DNA of 62,750 nucleotides, the filler included, from Basidiobolus ranarum (taxonomy: Eukaryota), in assembly GCA_040143965.1 (NCBI GenBank). It is 48 parts of 48 records of this genome, joined end to end, with 100 filler letters (N's around TTAATTAATTAA, not from the genome) between each part and the next. Parts side by side here need not be neighbours in the genome. Positions count along the whole stretch, not along the records: positions 11,821 to 13,033 come from JASJQH010005976.1; positions 13,134 to 14,346 come from JASJQH010005977.1; positions 14,447 to 15,658 come from JASJQH010005978.1; positions 15,759 to 16,970 come from JASJQH010005979.1; positions 17,071 to 18,282 come from JASJQH010005980.1; positions 18,383 to 19,594 come from JASJQH010005981.1; positions 19,695 to 20,905 come from JASJQH010005982.1; positions 21,006 to 22,216 come from JASJQH010005983.1; 40 more parts are not named here. One strand, 5' to 3'. Below, in pieces: positions 11,821 through 23,627 of the stretch. Below the pieces are notes generated by a model. It saw only the letters and a program-made list of their open reading frames with translations, was not told the origin of the DNA and did not search any database. The translations under genes were made by a program, and so were the position numbers. How positions within the stretch are numbered: position 1 is the first letter of the stretch; every line of letters begins with the position of its first letter.

Positions 11821-12747
11821 CCAAATAAATAAATAAAGGTCAAATTTTCAGTGCTTGACTCTAATGCCTTTACTAGGCTCTTAGGTTTGTGTGGCATGCT
11901 ATTCAGGACTGCAATTATGATATCTTGATCAGAGGTAGGTACTCCAATCCATTCCATTTCAACCACTAAAATAGTGACTCTATTAACTAGTGATTTAATG
12001 TCTTCTCCTGGCTTCATCTTTAAGTTAAAGAGTTGTCTTCTTAGAAACATCTTGTTGGCAGTAGAACTTGCTTGGTAGGTTTCTTTGAAGGCTTTCTATA
12101 CCTTCTTGGCAGTTTTAGCTCTTGAACGTTCAATTAGCAATTTGTCTTTAACATTAAGACAAATTGTGTTAAAGGCACTTTGTTCTTTTTTAACCTGGAG
12201 TAAAACTTTTGTTTCAGATAGATTTGCATTGTTTTCTTCTCCTACAACAGTGTCCCAAAGTCCTTTTTCTTGCAGCAGCATTTTCACTTTTATTTTCTAA
12301 ACTTGATAATTGGTTCCATCCAATTTATCGGAAGAGAGAAAATTACCATAGATTTGGGAAGTTGACCTTACAAAGAGTGCAAGCTTGGAGCTCATAACCT
12401 GTTAAAGTACTTGGGAGCTTGTTGGAAGTGGCTTGGAGAATTAGAGCAATTGGTGTTTTTCACTTGTTGATTTATTGACTAGAAAGCTCATTTTTATGGT
12501 TTTGACAAGATGGAAACAAACTAGCAGGTAGAATGTGTTAAGAAAGGTCCCAGGAACATATATGCAAAGTTTGGAGCTTCTTGCACAAGATTGAAAAATC
12601 TATATATCTGCAAACTTCTAAACTGGTAAATATATACTAAGTAAATTCTAATTGTGAATAATGGATAATATCTTAGTAAGTTATAAGATAACTAAGTACT
12701 AAGCTATATATGACTGTATAGATGCTTAGGCAATGCTAATTTCAATA
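11821..12747 (-). mobile_element. Ty1/copia family A 5' end: complete LTR-A (12400-12747), PBS and gag
   Basis: Minus strand reads ...CTTTAACA-GGTTATGAGCTCC, then gag MKMLLQEKGLWDTVVGEE matching 2714-3250. Confidence 0.92.
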
Positions 12748-13033
12748 TCCACTGCAAATGGAGTTCTTATATTATTAGATTATGATATCCTATCTCCTGT
12801 GCCATCCTTTCTTGGCAATCATATGTTAGTTCATCCAGGTTACCTTATATGGAAGTCATGTTCTTTTGAATATTCTGTGTAACATATTCAATCATATTAT
12901 CCCACAAATAGTATATTTCTGCCCAGACCTTTGATGGAAGGTCATCTGATCATCCTTACATCATCCTGCTTTGTATTGGTCCTTGTCTCCCTAACAAATC
13001 ATCACTTGAACTTGTTGAAATTATTTAGGGAGA
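12748..13033 (+). repeat. LTR-D fragment (12748-13012) interrupted by an LTR-C end (13013-13033, minus strand)
   Basis: Matches LTR-D. 13013-13033 is the reverse complement of TCTCCCTAAATAATTTCAACA at 2663-2683. Confidence 0.8.
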
Positions 13034-13133
13034 NNNNNNNNNNNNNNNNNNNNNNNNNNNNNNNNNNNNNNNNNNNNTTAATTAATTAANNNNNNNNNNN
13101 NNNNNNNNNNNNNNNNNNNNNNNNNNNNNNNNN

Positions 13134-14082
13134 GGGCTTTCAAAGGACATATTTTGAGCCATATTTGGCCAATTTAGATCTTTTTTGATGGGATTTTGGA
13201 CTAGTTTCACACCTGGATCCATGGGAGTTGATACTGGCTTACAAGTCTCCATCCTGTAACATCTGAGAATCTCTGAGATGTATTTAGATTGATTCAGAGT
13301 GATAGACTTGCTCAATATATCTGTATGGATCTGAAGGCCAAAAAAATATGTAAGTTCACCTAAGTTGGTCAACTTGAACTGGACTCATAGATCTCTTTTG
13401 GTATTCCTGAGAGCTTCATCATTATTGGTAGCAAGAATCAGACCATCTACATATAAGGCAAGTATCAGCTTACTGTCCTTATCTGTCTTAAAGTAGATCC
13501 CAAAATCTGCCATACTCTTTTGGAAATCAAGTGATTCCAAGTATGTGTCTAACTCAGTGTACCAGGCTATGGGTGATTGTTTAAGTCCATAAAGTGACTT
13601 TGTAGCTTACACACATCCTCCGGGTGCTCAGGATACACAAAACTATCTGGTTGATCCATGAATATATCCTCTTCTAAGTCCCCATTCAAAAAAGTAGTTT
13701 TAACATCCTTTTGATGGATTTTTAAGCTGTGTTTTGCTGCTACTGCTAGTATGGTTCTGATGGAACTAACTTTGCTACAGGAGCAAAAGTTTCATTGTAG
13801 TTTACTCCTTCCGTTTGAGAGTATGCCTTAGCCACCAGTCTGGCTTTATATCTCTACAGATCCATCAGCTTTCAGTTTAACTTTAAACAACCATTTGCAT
13901 CCATTGATTTTTGGTCATAAGGTAACTTAATTCAAGTCCAAGTTTGGTTATCTATAAGTAATTGAAACTCCTCTGCCATTGCAGCACTCCAAAACTTTGT
14001 GTTGGGACTCTCATAACCTCCTGTACTGATGTGGGCTCATTGGAAAAGGCTAAATTAGCACTAGGCTCCTTTTGGCTAGTGT
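13134..14082 (-). mobile_element. Ty1/copia reverse transcriptase (decayed, third family)
   Basis: [67 protein letters not shown]. Confidence 0.93.
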
Positions 14083-14346
14083 TGTCACAATAAGGAACTG
14101 GACAAGGACTGGGATCAACATCAAGAGGCTAGAAGACAGGAGAGTACTTGGGTGTGGACCACAAGACAGGACAAGACAAGACAGGACTGGACAAGGAAGA
14201 TACTGTGGCAAGAATCTTTATTGATAACTGGCATTGATCAGACTGAGGTCTGATCAAGGAATACATGGGGATTATATAATATTGCAAGGTGAAACAAAAC
14301 ATACTGAATAGGGAATAAGCTGTGGCAAGTTTGAGAGTTGGGGTGT
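14083..14346 (-). repeat. LTR-D (chromovirus), partial, inserted in copia
   Basis: Starts TGTCACAATAAGGAACTGG. The empty host site is visible near 52231-52240. Confidence 0.88.
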
Positions 14347-14446
14347 NNNNNNNNNNNNNNNNNNNNNNNNNNNNNNNNNNNNNNNNNNNNTTAATTAATT
14401 AANNNNNNNNNNNNNNNNNNNNNNNNNNNNNNNNNNNNNNNNNNNN

Positions 14447-15405
14447 CTAAGAACCTTCAGAGCAATGCCTGGTTTTTGGTTATTCCATGATTGGCTCAAA
14501 TCCAGGTGATTTGGGCAAGATTCCACACAGTTTCCAAGACGTTAAATCACTCATCATCAGAGCAAGTGATGGCAGCTCTGATATTTGGAGTCTTTTGGTT
14601 TGCCAGTTTTCCTATGATATTTCTGCTTTCATGTGCCCAAGCAATTTTGGTTTGTTGTATAGGCTTAATGATCCAACACATATTCTGCTCTGCTAGATTG
14701 TCAAGGTGAGGTTCATACATATGGTGTGGATATTGATTGAAATCCCATATGAGAATGAATGGAGGGACCAACATGATGCAGTAGTGAAAGTACAACATTC
14801 TGAAGGTCTTGTATCTTTGTTGAGTGACTCTATAACTGTTGACTAGTTGCTTCTAAACACTGCATCAGTTGCACTATTGCATCATTATTGCTTGTCATGG
14901 CCATTATAGCAACTACATACTTTTCTAATGATTGCATATAAATCTTTATGGTGTTCTGCCCGCAATTCCCTTGTTGTAATAATTCTATCCAAATCCTCTA
15001 TGGAGGGTTGTTCAGTAGTGGGAAAAGTAGCCATTTTGAAAGTTGTTGGTCTTGATGGTGTTTTGGTTGAACTTTGATCAATTATTGATTTACTATGTAA
15101 TTGGGGGATTACAATCTCTTCACTTGCACTATTGCAGGAAAGGAACACATCTGGTAAATTCTATATTGCTTCATCATTACTTGAGTTAGTTTCCGGCATG
15201 TTAATGCCTTCCAAAGTGGATAGTGGATTGCTAGACTGTCCATCAATTAAGTCCTCTGTTCTTGCTGGTTTTTTTCCTTTTGTGCCAGCAGGCTTTGGCT
15301 TGGAAGCCCATTTTGATCTAAATTTTGTACACTTTTTGAATGGTATTGAAATTTTCAGATGGTAAACTTGGTGTAATGAAATTGCATAGAAACAGCTTAC
15401 AATAA
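14447..15405 (-). mobile_element. CACTA/CMC ORF2 5' half (decayed)
   Basis: Homologous to 17771-18282 and 54660-54920 (SASEEIVIPQLHSKSI; RAAITCSDDE). Confidence 0.85.
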
Positions 15406-15410
15406 ACCTA

Positions 15411-15658
15411 AGTCACTATTATAGTAGATGAAATGCAATGCATTGGAGTACCTACTACTGATCAAGATATCATAGTTACAGTCCTGAAGAGCCTGCCATA
15501 CATGTTTCAGAGCCTAGTTAAGGCCCTAGAATCAAGAACTAAAAATATTACCTTAAGTTATATATTTGGCACACTTCTGGCCAAAGATTTACACAAATCA
15601 GGATTCAACCAACCCTAACAGATATTTGAGGATTGTTATTGTAGGAAAACCATAACAA
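15411..15658 (+). mobile_element. Copia A gag fragment (to 15612) with a CACTA/CMC terminus inserted at 15613
   Basis: CIGVPTTDQDIIVTVL, then CCCTAACAGATATTTGAGG. Confidence 0.85.
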
Positions 15659-15771
15659 NNNNNNNNNNNNNNNNNNNNNNNNNNNNNNNNNNNNNNNNNN
15701 NNTTAATTAATTAANNNNNNNNNNNNNNNNNNNNNNNNNNNNNNNNNNNNNNNNNNNNGTGACTATTTAGT

Positions 15772-16129
15772 AGAGGGAGAGTGTTAAAATTAGCATTGCC
15801 TAAATACCAATATAGTCATATATAGCTTAGTACTTAGTTATCTTATAATTCACTAAGATATTATCAATTATTCTCAATTGAAATTTACTTAGAATATTTT
15901 TACCAACTTAGAAGTTATTGGATATATAGATTTTTCAAACTTGTGCTAGAAGCCCCAAGCTTTGCACACATGCTCCTGGGACCTTCCTTAACACATTCTA
16001 CATGTTAATTTGCTTAAATCTTGACAAAACTATAAATGTCAACTTCCTACTCAATAAATCAATAAGTGAAAACCACCAATTCCTCTAATTCTCCAAACCA
16101 CTTCCAACAGGCTCCCAAATACTTTAACA
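15772..16129 (+). repeat. Polypurine tract and complete 3' LTR-A (15782-16129)
   Basis: AGAGGGAGAG-TGTTAAAATTAGC...CTTTAACA. Confidence 0.9.
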
Positions 16130-17070
16130 ATCTGAAGATGTGGCAATGTGAAAATCAACTAATATTTTGGTAGAGGGACTTGGCCAAAATGTAACTGAAA
16201 AGAGGTTCACCAATGGAGAAATACAACCAAAGCCATTGTTGGAGCCATTTCCTGAAAATGAAAATGCACTTTGAGTCTAGTGTCAGTACTGTGGATTGGG
16301 TTTTTCTTATATTGACATATATCTATGCTTCAAGATATTCATCCAATGCTAATGATGTTGTCAAGAATTGATGATTTGTATGTTAGGATTTTGCTGCTAT
16401 CAAACGCAAAGATTTCAATAATTTGATGGTTGAATGTATCACCTGGAGTAAAACTTGTGATAATAGTGTACCAATTATTATGAAAAGAAATATAGCAGCT
16501 CCTGCCTATTAGCTAATATGGTACAACACTAATAGATATGCTGTGGCATTATATTGCTTCAATTTCTCTAAAAACTGTAGCAAAGCCATCATAAAGACTT
16601 GTAAAAGATGCACCCTATGATGGATATATTTATGGCCCATGAATATGACTATTCACTGATATTAGTGGTGCATCTGATAGTACTAATTGAATCATTATGC
16701 TGTTAACTAAAGTTTCCAATAAGCCAGATAATTATAACATAGTAGATGTAGTGGATGGTGTCATTTACGGTAATGCAGCAATGTCTAGTAGTGATCATGG
16801 AAGTCAATGGTGTTTAATATAACATTGAAGATTATGAGCTGCAGCAAAGTTCATTCTAAATGATTATTATGGCTCTATTAGGATTATTGTAGCTTTTACT
16901 GTGGTTTCAGGTCCAGTCTTATCTATTACAATTGTTGCAGCTTATGCAAGTATATCTGGTGATGTAAATCNNNNNNNNNNNNNNNNNNNNNNNNNNNNNN
17001 NNNNNNNNNNNNNNTTAATTAATTAANNNNNNNNNNNNNNNNNNNNNNNNNNNNNNNNNNNNNNNNNNNN

Positions 17071-18282
17071 AGTGCACTTATTACTGTTGTTATACACCAG
17101 GCTTTGTGCAGCTGGTGGCTTTGTACAGTGACCGTGCTTGTGATTGTTTTTTCTAAGAAGCCTCCGGCTTTCATAGCACAAAAATTTGTTACAATAAAAG
17201 CAGGACTTCTTTAAACATTTGTCTTGCAGCATGAACAGGATATTGTATAAAAAAGAACACCTCCTATGTCAGGGTGGTATTTTAGATATAGCCTAAATAT
17301 TTCATCAGCTGATTCTGAGACAGTGTCACAGAATTTACCAAAATGTTTAGGCAAGGTATAGTCAGTGGACTCAATGGGCAAAACTAAAGTCAATTTAGTG
17401 TACTAAATACTGTTGCTATACACCAGGCATTGTGTGGCTGGTGGCGTTGTACAGTGACTATGCTAGTGATTATTTTTTCTATGATGCCTCCGGCTTTCAT
17501 AGCATAAGAATTTGTGACAATAATAGCAAGCCTGCTTTACACATATGTATAGTGCCATGAGAAGGAAATTGTGGAAAAAAGAAAACCTCCTATATAAAGT
17601 TGGTATATTAGGTATATCCCATCATTATCATCAGCTGATGCTGAGATGGTGTCACAGATTAGTCATCAGGTGATTTACAAGAAATTTCTGGTAATGGATG
17701 GCTATTTTGGTTTATCATAAGCTGCTTCTGAGCAATTTCATCACACCAAGCTTACAATCTGAAAATTTCAGTGCCATTCAAAAAGCGTTCAAAATTTAAA
17801 TCAAAATTGGCTTCCAAGTCAAAACCTACTGGTATGAAAGGAAAAAAACCAGCTAGAACCAAGGACTTAATTAATGAGCAGTCTAGTGATCCATTATCCA
17901 CTTTGGAAGGTGGTAACCTGCTGGGAACTAAATCAACTAATGATGAAGCATTAATCAATTTACCATATGTGTTCCTTTCTAGCAATAGTGCAAGTGAAGA
18001 GATTGTAATCTCCCAATTACATAGCAAATCAATAGCCAAGCAAAGCTCAACTAAAACACCATCAAGACCATCAGCCTCCAAAATGGTTACTTGTCCCACT
18101 ATTGAACAACCCTCTGTAGAAAGTTTGGATAGAAGCATTACAAAATGGAATTGCAAACAGAACACCATAATGATTTGTATGCAATCATATGTAAAAACTA
18201 CAAAGTTGCTATACAGGCCATGACAAGCAATAACACCACAATATCACAATTAATGCAGCTTTTGGAAGCAACTAGTCAACAG
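17071..18282. mobile_element. CACTA/CMC centre: duplicated transposase start (minus) and ORF2 start (plus, ~17771)
   Basis: Same head-to-head layout as 35413-36621, plus a direct repeat with a 326-bp period. Confidence 0.85.
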
Positions 18283-18382
18283 NNNNNNNNNNNNNNNNNN
18301 NNNNNNNNNNNNNNNNNNNNNNNNNNTTAATTAATTAANNNNNNNNNNNNNNNNNNNNNNNNNNNNNNNNNNNNNNNNNNNN

Positions 18383-19517
18383 ACAATAAACTGTGATTTT
18401 GTGATTTGCTCCATCCAAGTATTGTTGCCATTGTTCAAACACAGCAATAATTGCTAATAGTTCCTTGTCATAGATGTCATAGTTGATTTCTGCAGCAGAG
18501 AACTTTCTTGAGTAAAAGGCAACAGGGTGCAGTAAGTTGTCATCATCAAACTGTGATAATACTGCTCCTAGAGCAAAGTCAGATGCATCAGTTTTAACAA
18601 TAAATGGCTTGTCTAGCTTGGGATGTGCCAGAAATGGCGCTGAGGGAAAAGCACCCTTTAAAGTTACAAATGCTTGTTGGCAAGATGGGTTCCAGTCAAA
18701 TGGGAGTTCTTTCTTTGTAAGGTTTGTTAATGGAGCAGATATTTTGGAGTAGTTCTTGACAAACCATTGGTAAAAGTTTGCAAATCCAAGGAAAGATTGG
18801 ACATCCTTCACATTCTTGGGAATATCCCAAGACAGAACAGATTCAACCTTCTTAGGGTCCATGGAGATGCCTGATGGGCTGATGTTATATCCAAGGAATT
18901 CAACTTGAGCTTGATCAAATTCACATTTCTCAAGTTTAGCATAGAGCCCAGAGGTTTTCAACTTTTCTAGGACTTGGGAAACATGAATATTATGTTCTTC
19001 TTGAGAGCTTGAGAAGACCAAGATATTGTCAAGGTAGATTACCACAAATTGGTCAAGTTACTATCTAAAGATGTCATTCATCATGTGTTGAAAGACTGCA
19101 GGGGCATTGGTAAGTCCAAATGGCACGACATTGTATTCAACATGTCCATAGCAAGTTCAAAAGGCAGTTTTCCATTGGTCTTCTGGTTTGATTCTTACAA
19201 GATTGTAAGCACCTCTTAGATCAATCTATGTAAACATCTTGGCAGAAGCAAGCTGATCCAAGAGTGAGTTGATTAATGGCAAGGGGTACTGGTTTTTGAC
19301 TGTAATGCTATTTAGGCCTTGATAATCAACACAGAGATGGAGGGATCCATCCTTTTTCTTAACAAACAAGATTGGAGAGCCTGCTGGGGACTTTGAATGT
19401 TGGATGAATCCTTTCTCCAGATTTTCTGCAATGTAATCCTTCAGAACTTTGAGTTCTAGCTGGGTCAGCCCATATATAGGCCCAAATGGTTGTTGCTTTC
19501 CTTCTTGTAGATTTACA
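18383..19517 (-). mobile_element. Ty3/gypsy RT-RNase H (chromovirus/Tf-like), decayed
   Basis: [68 protein letters not shown]. Confidence 0.96.
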
Positions 19518-19793
19518 GGGCCTATATAGGTTGCGACGATCTTCACTCCAGATGTAGCTGAGGATTCAAGTATGGATTATACGAATAGAAATAGNNNNNN
19601 NNNNNNNNNNNNNNNNNNNNNNNNNNNNNNNNNNNNNNTTAATTAATTAANNNNNNNNNNNNNNNNNNNNNNNNNNNNNNNNNNNNNNNNNNNNCATATG
19701 CCTGATAGAGTAAACTCCATTGATTTGAAAAAATCTACAGCAAGATAGTGTATTGTGCCCACAAAAGCCTCCAAGTTTACTGATAGCAGTAGT

Positions 19794-20905
19794 TGTTGAA
19801 GTTTATTGTCTTTATCATATTTGTTATCTCTATCTTTATACACCTAACTATTTCATATATCACATATAAGTTAGTTAACATTCTTAGTCAAATATCACTT
19901 AACTGAAAATTGGAACATATATTTTATATATATGTGAATAATGTGAGAATTAGCAATGCCATATTGGAAATTTCAAACATGTCCAAATTGCCACAAAGAT
20001 AGCGCATTTTACTCCCACAGATGTTCTGAACACAACCCCAGTGTTAGTTTTCTGTATTTGCACCAAAAGGTTTAAAAGCTTTATTTCTGGACAATAAATA
20101 TTTATCTCACAAAGCTATTCACAACTCCACCTTTCTAAAGTTCCTCCAAACAGCCCATACTTTCCCAATAGGTTATGAGCCCCATGTTCTATCCTTTAGA
20201 GCATGACTGAAACTACTACTACCACTTTTGTTAACTCAATTGTTCAAAAGCTTGATGGAGAAAATTACAATTTCTGGAAGTTCAAGATGCAAATCATGCT
20301 GGAAGACAGGCAGCTTTGGGATGTAGTCTCTGGAGATGAAAAGGAATCTTCAAACCATTCTTTATTGGAAGCTTACAAGAAAAGAGATAAGAAGGCCTTT
20401 AATGTCATTTGTTAAAGTTTGAAGGATTCTAGAGTCTTTCTAATAGACTGTTTGTCACACAAAAATTCTTCAATATAAAGCTGGAAGAGTCAGAAAGCAT
20501 GGTTACCTATATTGCAAATGTGAGATCTTTGGTAAAACTACAGGAAAATATTGGTGCAACCTTACAGGAAGAAGATGTAATTATGACTCTTCTAAGTAGT
20601 CTACCAGACAGTACTCAAACTTGGTCACAGCTTTGGAAGCAAGATCTGACAAGTTGTCTTCGGAGTTTGTGGTGGCAAGGCTATTAGATCAACACCTTAT
20701 ATGTTAGAATTTGGAAAAAGAATCTGAGAAAGTGGCTCTTTTTAGACCTGGAAAATATAGCTTTAGCAAGTACAAAGGTTACAAAAGAAGGAAACCAGGT
20801 TTATGCTATGGTTGTAACAAACCAGGACACCAGTTAAAAGATTGCAAATCAAGAAATTACAACAAAAATGAAATGTGAGAACAAGCAAGTCAGGTTTCAA
20901 GTAAG
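19794..20905 (+). mobile_element. Ty1/copia family B 5' end: LTR-B (19794-20170), PBS (20171-20182), gag from 20203; inserted in a CACTA transposase (19695-19793, minus)
   Basis: TGTTGAAG...CCCAATA-GGTTATGAGCCC; KLDGENYNFWKFKMQIML; zinc knuckle CYGCNKPGHQLKDC. Confidence 0.93.
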
Positions 20906-21167
20906 NNNNNNNNNNNNNNNNNNNNNNNNNNNNNNNNNNNNNNNNNNNNTTAATTAATTAANNNNNNNNNNNNNNNNNNNNNNNNNNNNNNNNNNNNNNN
21001 NNNNNCGCAAGTCAAGGGTAGTAAGTATGATGGTATCCATTAGACATGGTTGGATAATAGTAATCCAATCGGTTGAAACATAAATAACAATTATGTGCAA
21101 TATCAATTATAAACAGAAACAGCTGCCCCTTTGTGTCAATATTGATTGTACATTTGAGTAGCAAGAC

Positions 21168-21175
21168 TATATAAA
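21168..21175 (+). promoter_or_regulatory. Candidate TATA box of the 21309 gene
   Basis: TATATAAA about 140 nt upstream of CATCATG. Confidence 0.45.
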
Positions 21176-21308
21176 GAAGCTAATCTGAATGTTTCAGCTG
21201 TACTGGCAACGATCGCACAAAGTGTACTGGGTTAGGGTTAGAGCAACAAAGGATTGAATATAAATATCCAGAAGAATCTATCCAGTTACGTTACCAACCA
21301 TATTCATC

Positions 21309-22022
21309 ATGCAGTTGAAGTCTTTCTTATCCTGGGCACTCTTTGCTGGAGCTTTAGCTGTAGTACATGGTGGTGAATATGGTGGTCAGCGTGGCGAGTC
21401 TCAACTGCCTGAGGGATGCGAACCAATCGATGATCATGGTGGTTATGAATGCACATCCGTGACAGAAGGTACCTGGACCACTGAAACTTCAGATTATGGA
21501 ACTAATAGCAATCCTAAGCCTATGCCATACAAAAAGGAATGCAAGCTACCTAAAAGAATCGCCTTGCGGGGAGACAATGATAGATATCTTGGTCGGTGTC
21601 AGGATTGTGTTCCATATTCGGCGAATCGTGATAACGCTTTTGTACATGGGTATTCGGATCCAAACCAAGCGCGTTACCTTCAGTGGGAAGTGACAGAGTT
21701 AGGGAATGGTAAAATTGCTCTTCGTTCTGATACAGGAAACTATATGGGCCGATGCCAAAATTGCTACAAACAAGAGGCTTATTACAACTCCGCCTCTGTA
21801 CATGTTAAACCACAAGACCTACCTAATAGCCCATGGGCTCATTGGACTCTTAACTGTGTTGATGATACTCATATCACGCTCCAAGCTGACACTGGGAAAT
21901 ATCTCAGCCGATGCAGAGATTGTATCACCGGTGCAAAGTATCCTGACTCAGCCTTTGTTCATAATAATGACCCGAAGGCACCTCATAGTATCTGGCAGTG
22001 GACCGAGATTGGCAAATATTGA
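21309..22022 (+). CDS. Secreted fascin-like beta-trefoil protein with three RCxxC-containing repeats (237 aa, intact)
   Basis: Signal-peptide-like N-terminus; three repeats of I(A/T)LxxDxxxY(L/M)xRCxxC...AxVH...W; no introns; A-rich downstream region with AATAAA. Confidence 0.88.
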   Translation: MQLKSFLSWALFAGALAVVHGGEYGGQRGESQLPEGCEPIDDHGGYECTSVTEGTWTTETSDYGTNSNPKPMPYKKECKLPKRIALRGDNDRYLGRCQDCVPYSANRDNAFVHGYSDPNQARYLQWEVTELGNGKIALRSDTGNYMGRCQNCYKQEAYYNSASVHVKPQDLPNSPWAHWTLNCVDDTHITLQADTGKYLSRCRDCITGAKYPDSAFVHNNDPKAPHSIWQWTEIGKY

Positions 22023-22316
22023 TTGGAGCAAGGTTATTTGATCAACATAAATAAATGCACAAGAAATATTGCTGAGTATTTGAGTAGGGTTCAATGAAAT
22101 ACTGAATATTGGTTGAATATATTTCAAGATTTGCAATAGGTGGCTTTTTCTACTTGGTTACTAGTTAATTTGCTTGAATCATTTAGGCTGATTCGAGATT
22201 CAATTTTAAGGAATATNNNNNNNNNNNNNNNNNNNNNNNNNNNNNNNNNNNNNNNNNNNNTTAATTAATTAANNNNNNNNNNNNNNNNNNNNNNNNNNNN
22301 NNNNNNNNNNNNNNNN

Positions 22317-23527
22317 TTGATTATTGAGGAGTGGAGAGTTCAATCCAATCTTAGCAACCAGGTGTTTATTGGTTTTCTTACACTTTTACCACAGTTGATT
22401 GGCAACTGTTGCTTGCCACTGACCTGGCACCAGTGGAAAACACTTATCAATTGTTTGACCTATAATCCTTTTGTAATTAAACTACCTTCATGTCCAAATG
22501 GTTGTTTGGCTTTCACCAGTGATCTGAAAACCTGAAGGCATGTACTGTTTGCACACAATTGGCAATCACTGAGTCAGGTAAATATTGTTCATATTTGGCT
22601 TACGTACCATTGAATCCCTGTCTGAAAGTTTAGATGAAATCACCCAAATACAGATCATTGATCCAATAGCAAAGTACTCACCACAAAGCTGATGGTATTA
22701 CCAATATACTTGATGGATATCACTACCAGAATCAGAAAGTCAAGGTTTCTTTGAGAACACATGTGATCATGCATTTGCTTTGGCTCTGGATGGTTTCTCA
22801 CTAAACAAACATACCAATGGAAAGGCTTGCTGGCCAATAATTTTAATCAACTTATATCTTCCTCCTTCTGAATGGTATTTTCATCACAATATTTTGATAC
22901 TATCCATCATATCTGGACCTAAATCACATGTGCTTATAGATAGGATCTTGGAGCCTTTGGTTGCAGAACTTGAACAGTTATCTAATGGGGTTCAGATGGG
23001 TGAATATTTTATTAAAGCTACTATCATTGTATGTATTGTTGACACTCCTACCATTAGTAAACTTGGAGGTTTTTGCTGGCACAATGCACTATCTTGCTGT
23101 AGATTTTGTCAAATCAATGCAGTTTACTCTATTGGGCATATGCATTGCCACTATCCAAATACAACACTAAACTCCATCATTTTAACATCAAGAGCCCAGT
23201 GAGATTTCAACATGATCACTGATATCAATTCATCAAATAGTCAATCTAACATCAGACTTGGTAATAGTGATAAGCCTAAGATTACATTGCTAAAGGGGAT
23301 CAGCTGGAGCTAGAGCTTCCCATTAGGCACTATGCACTGACTATCCAACAACATTCTAATACTACTTACTCAGCTATATTGTGGAAAATTCAAGATGAAT
23401 GAGCTATTTGAGATAGGATCAAAGTTTGAATTGATTGGGAAAATGCTTGAAAACATCAAGATACCATCATATTTTACCAGGACTTCCATCAATATCCACT
23501 CATCTAGGTGTTTATTCAAATGCAAAG
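22317..23527 (+). mobile_element. CACTA/CMC transposase core (Transposase_21/tnp2-like), decayed
   Basis: CPNGCLAF, LALDGF, CWPIILINLYLPP, GPKS...LEPLVAELEQLSNGV, DTPTISKLGGF..HNALSCCRFC, GTMH. Confidence 0.93.
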
Positions 23528-23627
23528 NNNNNNNNNNNNNNNNNNNNNNNNNNNNNNNNNNNNNNNNNNNNTTAATTAATTAANNNNNNNNNNNNNNNNN
23601 NNNNNNNNNNNNNNNNNNNNNNNNNNN

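Noticed and set aside
16130-16970. Possible decayed membrane-protein gene (RIIVAFTVVSGPVLSITIVAAY)
   Set aside because: Frequent stops and no recognisable family.
17752-18168. 138-aa minus-strand ORF and similar short ORFs (for example 2008-2244, 18537-18752, 58465-58713)
   Set aside because: They are antisense shadows of transposon or gene frames on the other strand. ORFs ending in X-runs or LIN are linker read-through.
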